Assembly: GCA_050261235.1 (NCBI GenBank)
Contig: JBLNDB010000032.1
Span: forward strand, 4,894-68,893
Source of the DNA: Chloroflexota bacterium
GTDB lineage: Bacteria; Bacillota; Sulfobacillia; JBFLWA01; JBLNDB01
Length of the DNA stretch: 64,000 nt
Reading direction: 5' to 3'
Part shown: in pieces, positions 27,828-37,609 of the stretch
Layout of the letters: each line of letters begins with the position of its first letter
How positions within the stretch are numbered: position 1 is the stretch's first letter
Program-made: the position numbers and the translations under genes
Notes under the pieces: model-generated
Seen by the model: only the letters and a program-made list of their open reading frames with translations
What the model was told of the DNA's origin: nothing
Database searches by the model: none

Positions 27828-28271
27828 CTAGATGGTCGCTGGCCCGCCGGTCGCTCCCGGCTGGCCGGTCCTGCCCGCGAACAGGTTGCGGACTTCAGCC
27901 AGCACGTTCGGCGCGACATCGAGCAGGCGATCGATGATCGCCCGGCCGTCCACCGGCAACATCCGCACTGAATCGTGCCCGACGACCAGGAAGCCGACCG
28001 GTTGAATCGTGACGCCGGCGCCGCTGCCGCCGCCGAACGCCAGACCGCTGTCGCCACTGTCCCCGCCATCGGCGCTTCCGCCTTGCCCGCTCTGGCCGCC
28101 GTATTCGGCACCGCCGGCGGCAAAGCCGAAACTGACCCGGCTGACCGGCACGATGACGCTCCCGTCCTGCGTCTCGACCGGCTCGCCGACGATCGTATTG
28201 ACGTCAACCATTTCCTTGATGCTCTCCATGGCCGTCCGCATCAGCCCCTGAATGGGGTGCTCGCCCGCCAT
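27828..28271 (-). CDS. ytfJ: GerW/YtfJ sporulation protein
   Basis: HPIQGLMRTAMESIKEMVDVNTIVGEPV...PVSRVSFGFAAGG...FGGGSGAGVTIQPVGFLVV. Confidence 0.93.
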   Translation of the reverse strand: MAGEHPIQGLMRTAMESIKEMVDVNTIVGEPVETQDGSVIVPVSRVSFGFAAGGAEYGGQSGQGGSADGGDSGDSGLAFGGGSGAGVTIQPVGFLVVGHDSVRMLPVDGRAIIDRLLDVAPNVLAEVRNLFAGRTGQPGATGGPATI

Positions 28272-28855
28272 GCCGTAACCCCCTTTATGCTGAGGCGCAC
28301 CAGTTTGCTTCCAGCAACGATAATATGGCCGACGCGCAGGCTGAATATGCAACTGAAGCGGATGCGGAGCCCGGTCCGGTCGAACCTGGGCGTCAGGAAC
28401 AGGCGTGGCTCGCCGCGGGCGAACCGCAGCAATCCCGGCACGAGGCAGCGCGAGCTGCCGAAGACAGCCCAGATGGCGCCGGCGGTGAGCCCCGTCAGGG
28501 CCGCGTCGCCGGTGCCGAATTCGACGGCGAGGCTGAGACGCCGGATGAACACGGCTGACATCAGGTAGCGCGCTGTCGTGCCGAATCGTCCGAACCACAA
28601 CAGTCGCTCGCGAGCGGCCGCCAGCCAGGCATCAGGGCCTCCCGGCGGCAACCGCTCGATGAGGTCCTCAGTCAGCTGTCCCCTCACCAGCGGGACGGCG
28701 TACTGGAGACGAAGCAGCCCGAACAGGCGCAGCCACACCGTCAGCCGGTCGGGACCGCCGACGTGCTCGTACCAGACACCGAACGTCAGCGGCAGCATGG
28801 GGACCACGACCAGAGCGACAAGCAGCGCCAACTGCCACCAACGCATGCACGTCAC
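28241..28855 (-). CDS. ytfI: YtfI / DUF2953 family protein
   Basis: EFGTGDAALTGLTAGAIW motif; directly upstream of ytfJ. Confidence 0.8.
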   Translation of the reverse strand: MTCMRWWQLALLVALVVVPMLPLTFGVWYEHVGGPDRLTVWLRLFGLLRLQYAVPLVRGQLTEDLIERLPPGGPDAWLAAARERLLWFGRFGTTARYLMSAVFIRRLSLAVEFGTGDAALTGLTAGAIWAVFGSSRCLVPGLLRFARGEPRLFLTPRFDRTGLRIRFSCIFSLRVGHIIVAGSKLVRLSIKGVTAWRASTPFRG

Positions 28856-28877
28856 CCCACTCTCACCGGCTTCAGGC

Positions 28878-28907
28878 TAGCGTGCCACGGGCTGCCAGAC
28901 GATATGC
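28878..28907 (-). promoter_or_regulatory. Putative sigma-F/sigma-G promoter of ytfI-ytfJ
   Basis: GCATA-18nt-CACGCTA. Confidence 0.55.
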
Positions 28908-28990
28908 GCGGGGCCCCCCGGCTCAGGCCGGCCGCGACCAAGACAGGAACGCCCTCACCTGATGGTGAGGGCGTTTCTGCTGCCGTCGTC

Positions 28991-29590
28991 TCACTCTTGG
29001 TTGTCTTCCGGTTCGGGCGCGGGGTCAAGCTCGCTTGCAGCCGCCACCTCTTCCGCTGCCAGGTCGCGCGCTGGCAGGGGCGGCAACTCGCTCAGGTCTC
29101 GCAACCCAAAATGCTCAAGGAACGCGCGCGTGGTGCCGTAGATGATCGGTCGTCCAGGTCCGCGACGGCGGCCCATCTCCTTGATCAGACCACGCTCGAG
29201 CAGCGTGTTGATCGCCTTCTCGCACTTCACGCCGCGGATCGCCTCGATCTCGGCTCTGGTCACCGGCTGGCGGTAGGCGATCACAGCCAGCGTCTCGATC
29301 GCCGGTCGGGACAGAGCCGCCGATTCGGCGCCGCTGCGGAGCCGCTGGACATAGTCGTGGAAATCGGGGCGGGTCATCAGCCGGTAGCCCCCGGCGACCT
29401 CGACCAGCTCTATCCCCCGCCCGCCGTAGTCATAGTCGTGGCGAAGTTCGTGGAGCAGATCAGTGGCCTCGTCAACCGTGATCGCCAGCAGCTCTGCCAC
29501 CTGCTCCGCCGACAGCGGTTCGCCGGCAGCGAACAGGATGGCCTCTAGCGCGGCTTGCAGCGGTGTCAGGATCTCGCGTTCGTCGCTCAA
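28991..29590 (-). CDS. scpB: SMC-Scp complex subunit ScpB
   Basis: LEAILFAAGEP, EVAGGYRL, LSRPAIETLAVIAYRQPVTRAEIEAIRGV, YGTTRAFLEHFGL. Confidence 0.96.
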   Translation of the reverse strand: MSDEREILTPLQAALEAILFAAGEPLSAEQVAELLAITVDEATDLLHELRHDYDYGGRGIELVEVAGGYRLMTRPDFHDYVQRLRSGAESAALSRPAIETLAVIAYRQPVTRAEIEAIRGVKCEKAINTLLERGLIKEMGRRRGPGRPIIYGTTRAFLEHFGLRDLSELPPLPARDLAAEEVAAASELDPAPEPEDNQE

Positions 29591-30312
29591 CCGGCGGCCG
29601 CCTCCCTCCGCTCAACGTAGATCTCGCCGAGTCGCTCAGTCTGGCGGGCGATCACCTGCCGACCGCGAATCAGCTCGAGAATCGCCAGGAACGTGATAAC
29701 GACTTCGAAGCGCGTGAACCGCCGGCCGAACAAGTCACGGAAGCGGACGCGCGCTGCCGACGACAACCTGGCCATGATCAGGTCCATCTTCTGGCGAAGC
29801 GAAAATGCATCACGGGTGATTTCCGGCGTCGGCTCCGGCTCGGCCTCAGTCAACAGCGATCGCATCGCAGCCACCAGCGCCGCCAGGTCGAGGCTGGCAG
29901 GCAGACCGGGCGGACCTTCGTCCGCCTCCTCGGGCAACCGCGCACAGCGCAGCGACTCCTCGCTCGCCAACTGCTCCAGTTGCTCGGCGGCTTCCTTGTA
30001 CCGCTTGTACTCGAGCAACTGCTCGACCAGCATCCGGCGCGGGTCAGCCTCCTCCTCCGCCTCGGTCCCGTCTGCCTTCGGCGGCCGCGGCAGGAGCATG
30101 CGCGCCTTGATCTCGAGCAGGGTAGCCGCCATGACGATGAATTCGCTGGCCAGTTCGAGATCGAACTCGCGCATCTGCTGCAAATACTGCAGGTACTGAT
30201 CGGTGATGCGGGCGATCGGGATGTCGTAGATGTTCAGTTCCTCGCGCCGTACGAGGTGCAGCAGCAGGTCCAGCGGGCCCTCGAACACCTCGAGGCTGAC
30301 CTTGAGGTCCAA
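29587..30312 (-). CDS. scpA: Segregation/condensation protein ScpA
   Basis: FEGPLDLLLHLV, ITDQYL, FIVMAATLLEIKARMLLP, VVITFLAILEL. Confidence 0.96.
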   Translation of the reverse strand: MDLKVSLEVFEGPLDLLLHLVRREELNIYDIPIARITDQYLQYLQQMREFDLELASEFIVMAATLLEIKARMLLPRPPKADGTEAEEEADPRRMLVEQLLEYKRYKEAAEQLEQLASEESLRCARLPEEADEGPPGLPASLDLAALVAAMRSLLTEAEPEPTPEITRDAFSLRQKMDLIMARLSSAARVRFRDLFGRRFTRFEVVITFLAILELIRGRQVIARQTERLGEIYVERREAAAG

Positions 30313-30324
30313 GCGGTCCCCTCC

Positions 30325-31314
30325 TTACAGGTTCATCGCCCGCCTGACTTCGCTCATGGTCGCGGCGGCCATTCGCCGGGCCCGGGCCGCCCCATCGCTG
30401 AGGATATCGTCAATCACGCCGGGCTCGGCCAGGATCCTCGCTCGGCGCTCGCGGATCGGCGCCAGGTAGTCGTTGATCGCGGCGATCAACTGACGCTTGC
30501 AGGCGACGCAACCGATTCGGCCGCCCTTGCAGTCTTCGGTCAGCGACTCGTAGCCTTGTTCCGCGAAAATCTGCTGGAACTTCGCGACTACGCAGACATC
30601 CGGATGCCCGGGATCGGTCTTGCGGATGCGCGCCGGGTCGGTCACCATCTGCTCGACCTTGGCCTTGACCTCGGCCTCGTCTGCCGCGATGTCGATCGCG
30701 TTGCCGTAGCTCTTGGACATTTTACGGCCGTCCGTGCCCGGCAGCAGACGGTACTTGTTGAGGAGCGGCTGCGGCTCGGGCAGGGCGGTGCGGTAGATGA
30801 AGTTGAACCGGCGGATGACCTCGCGCGCCAACTCGAGGTGAGGCAGCTGATCCTCGCCGACCGGCACGTAGCCGGCCCGGTAGGCCAGAATGTCGGCCGT
30901 CTGCAGCAGCGGATAGCCCAGGAAGCCATAAGTGCTGAGATCCTTGTCGGACAGCTGCACCTGCTGGTCCTTGTACGTCGGCACCCGTTCCAGCCACGGC
31001 ACCGGGGTGATCATCGACAACAGGAGATGCAGTTCGGCATGCTCCTTGATACTGGACTGGACGAAGATGGTGCTGCGCTCGGGATCGAGGCCGGCGCTCA
31101 GCCAGTCGACCGCCATCGCGCGGATGCTCTCCTGCAGATGACCGGTGTTCTGGTAGTCCGTCGTCAGCGCATGCCAGTCGACGATGGTGTAGTAGCACTC
31201 GTACTCATCCTGAAGCCTGACCCAGTTGCTGAGCGCGCCGAGCAGGTTGCCGAGGTGCAGACGGCCGGTCGGCCGCATGCCTGACAGGATGCGGCGCGGA
31301 AGATCGACAGACAT
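30325..31314 (-). CDS. trpS: Tryptophan--tRNA ligase
   Basis: SGMRPTGRLHLGNLLG (HIGH), YPLLQTADIL, VPVGEDQLPHLE, KMSKS. Confidence 0.96.
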   Translation of the reverse strand: MSVDLPRRILSGMRPTGRLHLGNLLGALSNWVRLQDEYECYYTIVDWHALTTDYQNTGHLQESIRAMAVDWLSAGLDPERSTIFVQSSIKEHAELHLLLSMITPVPWLERVPTYKDQQVQLSDKDLSTYGFLGYPLLQTADILAYRAGYVPVGEDQLPHLELAREVIRRFNFIYRTALPEPQPLLNKYRLLPGTDGRKMSKSYGNAIDIAADEAEVKAKVEQMVTDPARIRKTDPGHPDVCVVAKFQQIFAEQGYESLTEDCKGGRIGCVACKRQLIAAINDYLAPIRERRARILAEPGVIDDILSDGAARARRMAAATMSEVRRAMNL

Positions 31315-31318
31315 TCCC

Positions 31319-31960
31319 TTACCCCCTTGGGACGAGACTGAATACTGCGTTGACGATCAGGAGAATCACCGCTTCGATGCCATTGACCAGCGGGCCGAGG
31401 ACGAGATCGATGGCGCCCGTGGCGACCAGCGCAATGAGGATGAACGGGCCGTACGTCTCGAGGTTCCAGATGACGTTCGAGCCCCGGTCAGGGAGCAGGC
31501 CGGCGAGGATCTTCGACCCGTCGAGCGGCGGCACGGGAATCAGGTTGAAGGCAGCGAGGCCGATATTGAGCATGATCATCCGGCTGATGAGCGAGATGAC
31601 AAACTGGTTTCTCAGGTTCATGAGCAGGACGATCTTGAAGGCGACCACCGACACCAGCGCCAGGACGATGTTCGAGACCGGGCCGGCGAGACTGGTGTAC
31701 AGCATCCCCTGCTTCGGCCGGCGGAAATTGTAGGGGTTGACCGGCACCGGTTTCGCCCAGCCCCAGCCGGCAAGAATGAGGAGGATGAACCCGAACGGGT
31801 CGATATGCGCCAGCGGATCCATGGTCAGCCGGCCGCTCAGCCGCGCTGTCGGGTCGCCCAGCCGGTCGGCCGCCCAGGCGTGAGCGAACTCGTGAAACGA
31901 GAGCGAGACCAGTATCACCGGCAGCGAGATGATAATCCCCTGGAGATCGAACAGCCGCAC
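31319..31960 (-). CDS. Site-2 protease (M50B, YwhC-like)
   Basis: FHEFAHA (HExxH), GWAKPVPVNP, AGPVSN, FNLIPVPPLDGSK. GTG start chosen because TGgTATAAT at 32021-32030 overlaps the longer ORF start. Confidence 0.9.
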   Translation of the reverse strand: MRLFDLQGIIISLPVILVSLSFHEFAHAWAADRLGDPTARLSGRLTMDPLAHIDPFGFILLILAGWGWAKPVPVNPYNFRRPKQGMLYTSLAGPVSNIVLALVSVVAFKIVLLMNLRNQFVISLISRMIMLNIGLAAFNLIPVPPLDGSKILAGLLPDRGSNVIWNLETYGPFILIALVATGAIDLVLGPLVNGIEAVILLIVNAVFSLVPRG

Positions 31961-32107
31961 GCGGAACCCTCCCATCACTGGCGGCGACAGGCCTCGGCGA
32001 AGCCCCATGGCCATTAGTGCCATTATACCACAGGCCCGCGATGCGCGAAAACGGCGGGCCGCATGGCCCGCCGCGAACTGTCCCGGGACTCTCGCTCTGT
32101 CGAGGCT

Positions 32108-32575
32108 TCACCTGCCACCGCCGGGCGAGCTGCCACCACCTCCGCCCTGCTGCGCGCCCTGTTGGCCCCCGCCCGACTGAGCAGCGCCCTTGCGGATGAT
32201 CTCCGTGATGACGTTCTGGATGATGCCGGTCAGCAGTTGCTGCCCCTGCGGCGACTGGAGCGCCTTCTGGATCTCGGCGGTCAGCTGGGCCTGCATCTCC
32301 GGTTTCGTGATTGTCTCGGCGACAGCCTTCTGAACGGCCTTCTTCCCTTCCTCGCCATCAAGCACCTTCGTAATCATCGGCTGCAGCTGATCGGTCGCGA
32401 CGGAATCTTGGATCGTCTGCTTCATCTCGGGCGAACGGATCTCCGACCGGACCATCTCGCGCATGTCATCCTTGGTCGGCGACGGCTGCTTCTGCTGCCC
32501 GCCGAGGAGGCTGCACCCGCTCGAGAACGCCAGGAGAACGGCGAGAGTAGCTGCTACCAGTCTGCGGTTCAGCAT
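32108..32575 (-). CDS. Lipoprotein, GerD-like spore germination scaffold (tentative)
   Basis: Lipobox FSSGC, helical repeats including VLDGEEGKKAVQKA (compare GerD KTDDGKKAI), Gly/Gln tail, and a forespore-type promoter. Confidence 0.55.
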   Translation of the reverse strand: MLNRRLVAATLAVLLAFSSGCSLLGGQQKQPSPTKDDMREMVRSEIRSPEMKQTIQDSVATDQLQPMITKVLDGEEGKKAVQKAVAETITKPEMQAQLTAEIQKALQSPQGQQLLTGIIQNVITEIIRKGAAQSGGGQQGAQQGGGGGSSPGGGR

Positions 32576-32610
32576 GTCTGTCACTCCTGCCTGATAGTTG
32601 CTGCGGAAGA

Positions 32611-32639
32611 TAGTATGGCCGACTGTCTGCGATTAATCC
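32611..32639 (-). promoter_or_regulatory. Putative sigma-G/sigma-F promoter of the GerD-like gene
   Basis: GGATT-17nt-CATACTA, with GGC before the -10. Confidence 0.65.
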
Positions 32640-32650
32640 GATGCCAGCGG

Positions 32651-33745
32651 CTAGCCGGACGCCCGCCGCCGCTTCTGCCAGGCATGCAGGGCCAGGGCCA
32701 GGCAGATGACGGCGTAGGCCATGAAGACCCGGAAGTATTCGCCGACCTGCGGGCTGCCAAGCAGGCGCTGGCCGGCATAGGGCGAGACGATGAACAACAG
32801 GTGGAACAGGAACGTCCCGAGCAAGGCCTGCCCGATGGTCGCCCGCGTCACGCTGGCGCCGCCGACCAGCAGCGCTGCGATGGCGAACGTGCCGACCTGT
32901 TCGTGGCTGTTGTAGGTGTTGAACGTGCCGATGTTCTGAAGGAAGATCAACTGGCCAAGGCCCGCCAGTACGGTCGAGAAGACCATGGCCGTGATGCGCG
33001 TCCGGTCGACGTGAATGCCGGACACCCCGGCGACGTTCATGTCCTGGCCGACGGCGCGCATGTCCTGACCAAGCTTGGTGCTGAGGAGCCACCTGATGCC
33101 AAGGCAGAGGAGGGCGATCACGGCGAACGTGACCAGCGGCAGACCGATGCCGAGCGGCGCCGGGTAGACCAGGTAGTCGAGCACATACTTGACGTACTTG
33201 AGGTCGACCGTGTTGCGCAGTCCGACGCCGGCAGGCAGCAGCAGCGACGGATTGTGCAGGGGAATCAGCGTGCCGACCAGATAGAGGAAGACCAACTGGT
33301 AGACGCCGTTCATGAAGAAACCGAGGATCATGCTGGCGATCATCTCGCGACCCTTGGCGCGGTTCAGCACCGTGCCGGCGAACCAGCCCAGCGCGGCCGC
33401 GATCGGGACAGTGATCAGCGCTGCGATGGCGAACCCACCGAGCCCGGGGAGCTTCCAGTGAGTGACCATCACCAGCGCCGCCTGTCCGGCCATGGCGCCG
33501 AGGACGATCGCGAAGTTGAGGCCGAGCCCCGCGATCACGGGGATGATCAGCGCCATGACGATGAAACAGTTGCGGCCGAGACGGTTGACGAGTTCCGCGA
33601 TGATGAAATCGGCGGGCTTGCCGGCGCCAATGGTGCTCAGGATGGACAGCGCCAGGAAAATCACCGGCACGAGGTTCCGGCGCAGGAAATCGCCCCAGCT
33701 GAGTCGCCGCGTGCGTGCGCTGGATGCCGGCAACGGCAGGCTCAC
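32651..33745 (-). CDS. ABC transporter permease (RbsC-like, DUF3798 system)
   Basis: GLGLNFAIVLGAMAGQ, TKLGQDMRAVGQD...AGVSGI, AIAALLVGGASV. GTG start overlaps the upstream stop. Confidence 0.88.
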   Translation of the reverse strand: MSLPLPASSARTRRLSWGDFLRRNLVPVIFLALSILSTIGAGKPADFIIAELVNRLGRNCFIVMALIIPVIAGLGLNFAIVLGAMAGQAALVMVTHWKLPGLGGFAIAALITVPIAAALGWFAGTVLNRAKGREMIASMILGFFMNGVYQLVFLYLVGTLIPLHNPSLLLPAGVGLRNTVDLKYVKYVLDYLVYPAPLGIGLPLVTFAVIALLCLGIRWLLSTKLGQDMRAVGQDMNVAGVSGIHVDRTRITAMVFSTVLAGLGQLIFLQNIGTFNTYNSHEQVGTFAIAALLVGGASVTRATIGQALLGTFLFHLLFIVSPYAGQRLLGSPQVGEYFRVFMAYAVICLALALHAWQKRRRASG

Positions 33746-34827
33746 AGGCGGCCACCCCCTCGTGTCAGTGCGTAGAGGATGACGCCCTGCGAGATGATGA
33801 TGTTGACGATCTCCGACAACGGACCGGAGACTACCGTCCGCGTTACCGGCAACGCCGTCGCAAGCAGTGTCTGGAACAGCAGCGTACCGACGATGACATT
33901 GGTGATGCTGGCCTTGGTCGCCGATGCGCCGCCGATGAGGATGCCGGCGACAGCCGGGAACGCCATCATCAGCGGAGCCGTGTACATTTGCAGGAAGCCG
34001 TAGCTCTGAGCGTAGACGATCAACCCGACGGCGCCGAGCACGGTCGACAGGATGGCAGCGACGATTCTCATCTGATCGACGTTGATGCCGGCACTCCTGG
34101 CGAACTGCGGGTTGCTGCCGGCGGCAATCACCGCCAGGCCGAGCTTGGTGCGGAAGAACCACCGCACCAGCAGGCAACAGCCAGCCAGGAACAGCAGCAG
34201 GCCAGTCGGTATCTCGACACCGAGCACGGTGAACTTGAGGAAGTTGTTCAGCAACTGCGCCCAGTACTCGCCGATCGTCACCGTCATGCGGACGCCCTCA
34301 CCGCCGACGACCCAGATTATCTCCGGGTTGCTGAACGGCGCGACGATCCAGACCACGCACATGACTGCGACGACCGAAAAGCCGACGTAGGTGCCGATCA
34401 TCATCTCCTCGCCCTTGACGCGGTTGAGGAGGATCCCGTAGGCCCACCCGGCGAGCGCGGCGAGCGGAATCGCGAACAGCAATGCGAACAGGAAACCGCT
34501 CGCCCCGCGCATGCAGAACTGCACTGACAGAAGCGCCCCAAGCAGACCGCAGATGACGCCGACCGGCAGGCCGAAGTTCAGGCCTTCGCCGCCAAGGATA
34601 CTCGGCACCATGGCGAGCACCAGTACCCCATTCATGCCGAAGCGGACCAGGCTGCTGGTCAGCAGCATGCCGATCGGCAGGTCCTGCGCCCAGGCGACGA
34701 TGAAAATCCCGGCGATGAACAGGGCAATGATCAGGCGGGGGATCCCTACCCCCTCGACGACGCCCCTTGCCGCCAGGATGGCGCGCGGCAGCGGATTCGC
34801 CGGCTGGAGACCCGCGCCAGTCCTCAT
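33742..34827 (-). CDS. ABC transporter permease (RbsC-like, DUF3798 system)
   Basis: GLNFGLPVG, TKLGLAVIAAGSNPQFARSAGI, AVAGILIGGAS. Confidence 0.88.
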   Translation of the reverse strand: MRTGAGLQPANPLPRAILAARGVVEGVGIPRLIIALFIAGIFIVAWAQDLPIGMLLTSSLVRFGMNGVLVLAMVPSILGGEGLNFGLPVGVICGLLGALLSVQFCMRGASGFLFALLFAIPLAALAGWAYGILLNRVKGEEMMIGTYVGFSVVAVMCVVWIVAPFSNPEIIWVVGGEGVRMTVTIGEYWAQLLNNFLKFTVLGVEIPTGLLLFLAGCCLLVRWFFRTKLGLAVIAAGSNPQFARSAGINVDQMRIVAAILSTVLGAVGLIVYAQSYGFLQMYTAPLMMAFPAVAGILIGGASATKASITNVIVGTLLFQTLLATALPVTRTVVSGPLSEIVNIIISQGVILYALTRGGGRL

Positions 34828-36422
34828 GCGCTTCTCACCTCCGCCCCGCCGCCTGCCATCAGCAGGCCGAAGTCGACATCGCTGGCGTCCGGCGCCAAGC
34901 AGCCGGCGACGCGTCCGCCATAGACGATCAGCACGCGGTCGCAGACTTGGCGCAGCTCGGCCAGTTCGCTGGATGTCATGATGATCGTCGTCCCGCGCGT
35001 GCGGTTCATGCTTGTGAGCAAATCAAGGACGATCTGCTTGGCGCCGACGTCGATACCGCGCGTCGGCTCGGACACGAAGAGAATGTCCGGGTTCTGCGTC
35101 AGCGCTCTGGCAAGGCAGACTTTCTGCTGGTTGCCGCCTGACAATCGGCGGACCGGCTGGTCCGGACCGGTGCAGCGGATATCGAGATCGCGGATCAACT
35201 GCAGGGCGTGTGCGCGAGCGGCCTTGGCATCGCGTGTGGCCAGCCAGCCGTGCGCCAGTCCCCTCCGCAGGAAGCGTCCCTGGGCGATCAGTGACGTGAC
35301 GATGATGTTGAACTCGACGCTTTCATCCAGCAGCAGACCGACGCCACGGCGATCCTCGGACAGGAAGCCGAGACCGGCGGCCATTGCCTGGCGCGGGTCG
35401 CCGAGGGCGAGCGGGCGGCCATTGACAGCCACATCGCCCGACGCGGGATAGAGCCCCATGATCCCGTTGGCGATGGCGACCTTGCCGTGTCCGGCGAGTC
35501 CGCCGATGCCGAGAATCTCGCCCCGGCGCACTTCGAAGTCGAGCCCGCGGAGGCGCTCACCCGGCATCTCGACAGTCAGGTTGCGCATCGCCACGGCGAT
35601 GCCGCCGGCAGTGTCGGTCCTGCGCTCGCCGCGGGCGGCACGGGTCACCGGCCGTCCGACCATCAGTTCGGCCAGACGCTCGATGCGCGCCTCATCTCGC
35701 TGCAGGCGGCCGACCACCTCGCCGTCGCGGAGCACCGTGATCCGGTCGGCGACCTCGAGCACCTCAGACAGGCGATGCGTGATGAACAGCACGCCGACGC
35801 CCTCGCCGGCTAGCCGCCGCAGGGCGGCCAGCAGGTCTTCCGCCTCGCCCTCGGTCAGGACGGCAGTCGGCTCGTCGAACACCAACAGCTTCATGTTTCG
35901 CTTATCGATTTCGCGGGCAATCTCGATGAACTGCATATGGCCAACCGGCAGTCCGGCTACCGGCAGCCACTCGTCGACTCCGAGCGAAAGTCGATCGAGC
36001 GCGGCCCGGGCGTCGCGCCGCATGGCTGCGTTGTCGAGCGAAGCGAGGCGCGGACCGAGAGCGCGGCTGATTGCAGTGGGCCGCAAGAGCTCGCGGTTGA
36101 GCTTGATGTTCTCAGTGATCGTGAACGCCGGCAGGAGCATGAACTCCTGGTGCACCATGCCGACGCCGAGCTCCATCGCCTGGCGCGGCGTGCTGACGGA
36201 CACCGCCACCCCGTCGATGCGGACTTCGCCCTGGAACCCGCCGGTGGCAGCGATGACCGGCATCCCGAACAGGATGTTCATCAGCGTGCTCTTGCCGGCG
36301 CCATTCTCGCCGATCAGAGCGTGGATCTCCCCCGCCCGGACGGAGAGGTCGACATTCCTCAGTACCGCCGTGCCGTAGAAGTCTTTGCAGATACCCTTCA
36401 TCTCAAGGACGTAGTCGCTCAA
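34824..36422 (-). CDS. Sugar-type ABC ATPase with two nucleotide-binding domains
   Basis: GENGAGKST, FDEPT, LSGGNQQKV, SEPTRGIDVGAK. Confidence 0.93.
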   Translation of the reverse strand: MSDYVLEMKGICKDFYGTAVLRNVDLSVRAGEIHALIGENGAGKSTLMNILFGMPVIAATGGFQGEVRIDGVAVSVSTPRQAMELGVGMVHQEFMLLPAFTITENIKLNRELLRPTAISRALGPRLASLDNAAMRRDARAALDRLSLGVDEWLPVAGLPVGHMQFIEIAREIDKRNMKLLVFDEPTAVLTEGEAEDLLAALRRLAGEGVGVLFITHRLSEVLEVADRITVLRDGEVVGRLQRDEARIERLAELMVGRPVTRAARGERRTDTAGGIAVAMRNLTVEMPGERLRGLDFEVRRGEILGIGGLAGHGKVAIANGIMGLYPASGDVAVNGRPLALGDPRQAMAAGLGFLSEDRRGVGLLLDESVEFNIIVTSLIAQGRFLRRGLAHGWLATRDAKAARAHALQLIRDLDIRCTGPDQPVRRLSGGNQQKVCLARALTQNPDILFVSEPTRGIDVGAKQIVLDLLTSMNRTRGTTIIMTSSELAELRQVCDRVLIVYGGRVAGCLAPDASDVDFGLLMAGGGAEVRSA

Positions 36423-36444
36423 TCAATGATCCTCCTCAGGAGGA

Positions 36445-36474
36445 GCGGGCTACCGGGGATGCCCGGTAGCCCGC
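36445..36474 (-). other. Intercistronic stem-loop after the substrate-binding protein gene
   Basis: 13-bp perfect stem GCGGGCTACCGGG-gatg-CCCGGTAGCCCGC, typical of differential mRNA stabilisation in ABC operons. Confidence 0.6.
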
Positions 36475-36487
36475 AGGATCCACCTGC

Positions 36488-37609
36488 CTACTTTGACAGC
36501 TGGCCGAAGACAATCGAGCCGGCGGTGCAGAGTGAGAAGGTACCGCCCGGAGCGTAGAGCGTGAAGTCCATCGGCACGCCGGCGAGCTCCTCGAACTTGG
36601 CCTCGACGGCGGCGGGGTCGAGCTTGTCGATCTTCTTGTCGATGTAGTCAAACGCCAGTTCGGTCTCAGCCTGGACAGTCAGGAAGTTGATCGGAATCGG
36701 CCAGGTGGCGAAGCGACCGGCGCCACCGCCGGAGACGATCTTCTCATCGATCGCCTTGACGATCGCCGGGAAGTCGAAGGACAACCCAGCGACATCGATG
36801 CCGAGCGCGCCGGGGTAGCCGTGGGTCGGGCTCGGGCAGCACTGCTCGGGGAATATGCCGCCGGCCTCGAGCGTCGCCTTGATCAGCGGTTCCTGCATGC
36901 CGCAGTTGGTGCTGAAGAAGGCGGTGTCCTTGCCATATCTGGCGACCATGCGCGGGACATCCTCAAGGATGTACTGCTGGGCTCCCGGTAGCCCCGACGG
37001 ACCCATTGGGTCGGGGGCAGTCGCGTCCACGAACTCGATGCCGAGTTTCTGGCATTCGGCGGCGAAGATGTCCCGCCGCTGGGCCAGCAGTTCCATCGAC
37101 ATGTGGCGCGGGAATGAGTAGTGGACGAACGTCTTGGCGCCCAGCTGTTTTGCAATGGCGACGATCGTCTTGCCGCGAGCCAGTTCGTCGGTGTTGACGA
37201 TCACTTCCGCCTGTCCGTCGATCACGCCGGGGTCCTCATGCGGGACGCCGAGCAGGAAGACGATGTCTTTGCGCGTCTTGCGGATCTGCTCGATGGCGGC
37301 CTTGGTGCCCGGCACTGCCTGACAGATCACGATCGCCTTGACGCTCTTGTCCTGGGCCATCCCCTTGACAATGGAGATGTACGTCTCCATCTCAGCCATG
37401 AAGTTGTCCGGATACGTGGCGGTGACGACCCGCTCTCCATACTTGGCCTTCATTCTCTCAGCCGCGCGGTACTCGTCTTCGCCCTGCGACACCGTGCCGG
37501 TGATGATGCCGACCTTGAACTTCTTCGTCGAACCGCACCCGGCCGTTGCGGTCGCGAGTCCGGCAGCGAGGCACAGGATTAGGAGCAGCGCAACTACACG
37601 ACGGCTCAC
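36488..37609 (-). CDS. DUF3798 family ABC substrate-binding lipoprotein
   Basis: Lipobox TAGC, GIITGTVSQGEDE, TYPDNFM, QAVPGT, FVHYSFPRHMS, FFSTNCGMQEPL, QCCPSPTHGYPGALG. Confidence 0.85.
   Translation of the reverse strand: MSRRVVALLLILCLAAGLATATAGCGSTKKFKVGIITGTVSQGEDEYRAAERMKAKYGERVVTATYPDNFMAEMETYISIVKGMAQDKSVKAIVICQAVPGTKAAIEQIRKTRKDIVFLLGVPHEDPGVIDGQAEVIVNTDELARGKTIVAIAKQLGAKTFVHYSFPRHMSMELLAQRRDIFAAECQKLGIEFVDATAPDPMGPSGLPGAQQYILEDVPRMVARYGKDTAFFSTNCGMQEPLIKATLEAGGIFPEQCCPSPTHGYPGALGIDVAGLSFDFPAIVKAIDEKIVSGGGAGRFATWPIPINFLTVQAETELAFDYIDKKIDKLDPAAVEAKFEELAGVPMDFTLYAPGGTFSLCTAGSIVFGQLSK

Noticed and set aside
31315-32040. T-box leader for trpS
   Set aside because: trpS starts 4 nt after the protease gene, and no T-box motif is seen upstream.
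32466-33755. 429-aa minus-strand ORF overlapping the ABC permease
   Set aside because: Arg/Pro-rich alternative frame; the permease motifs are in the 32651-33745 frame.
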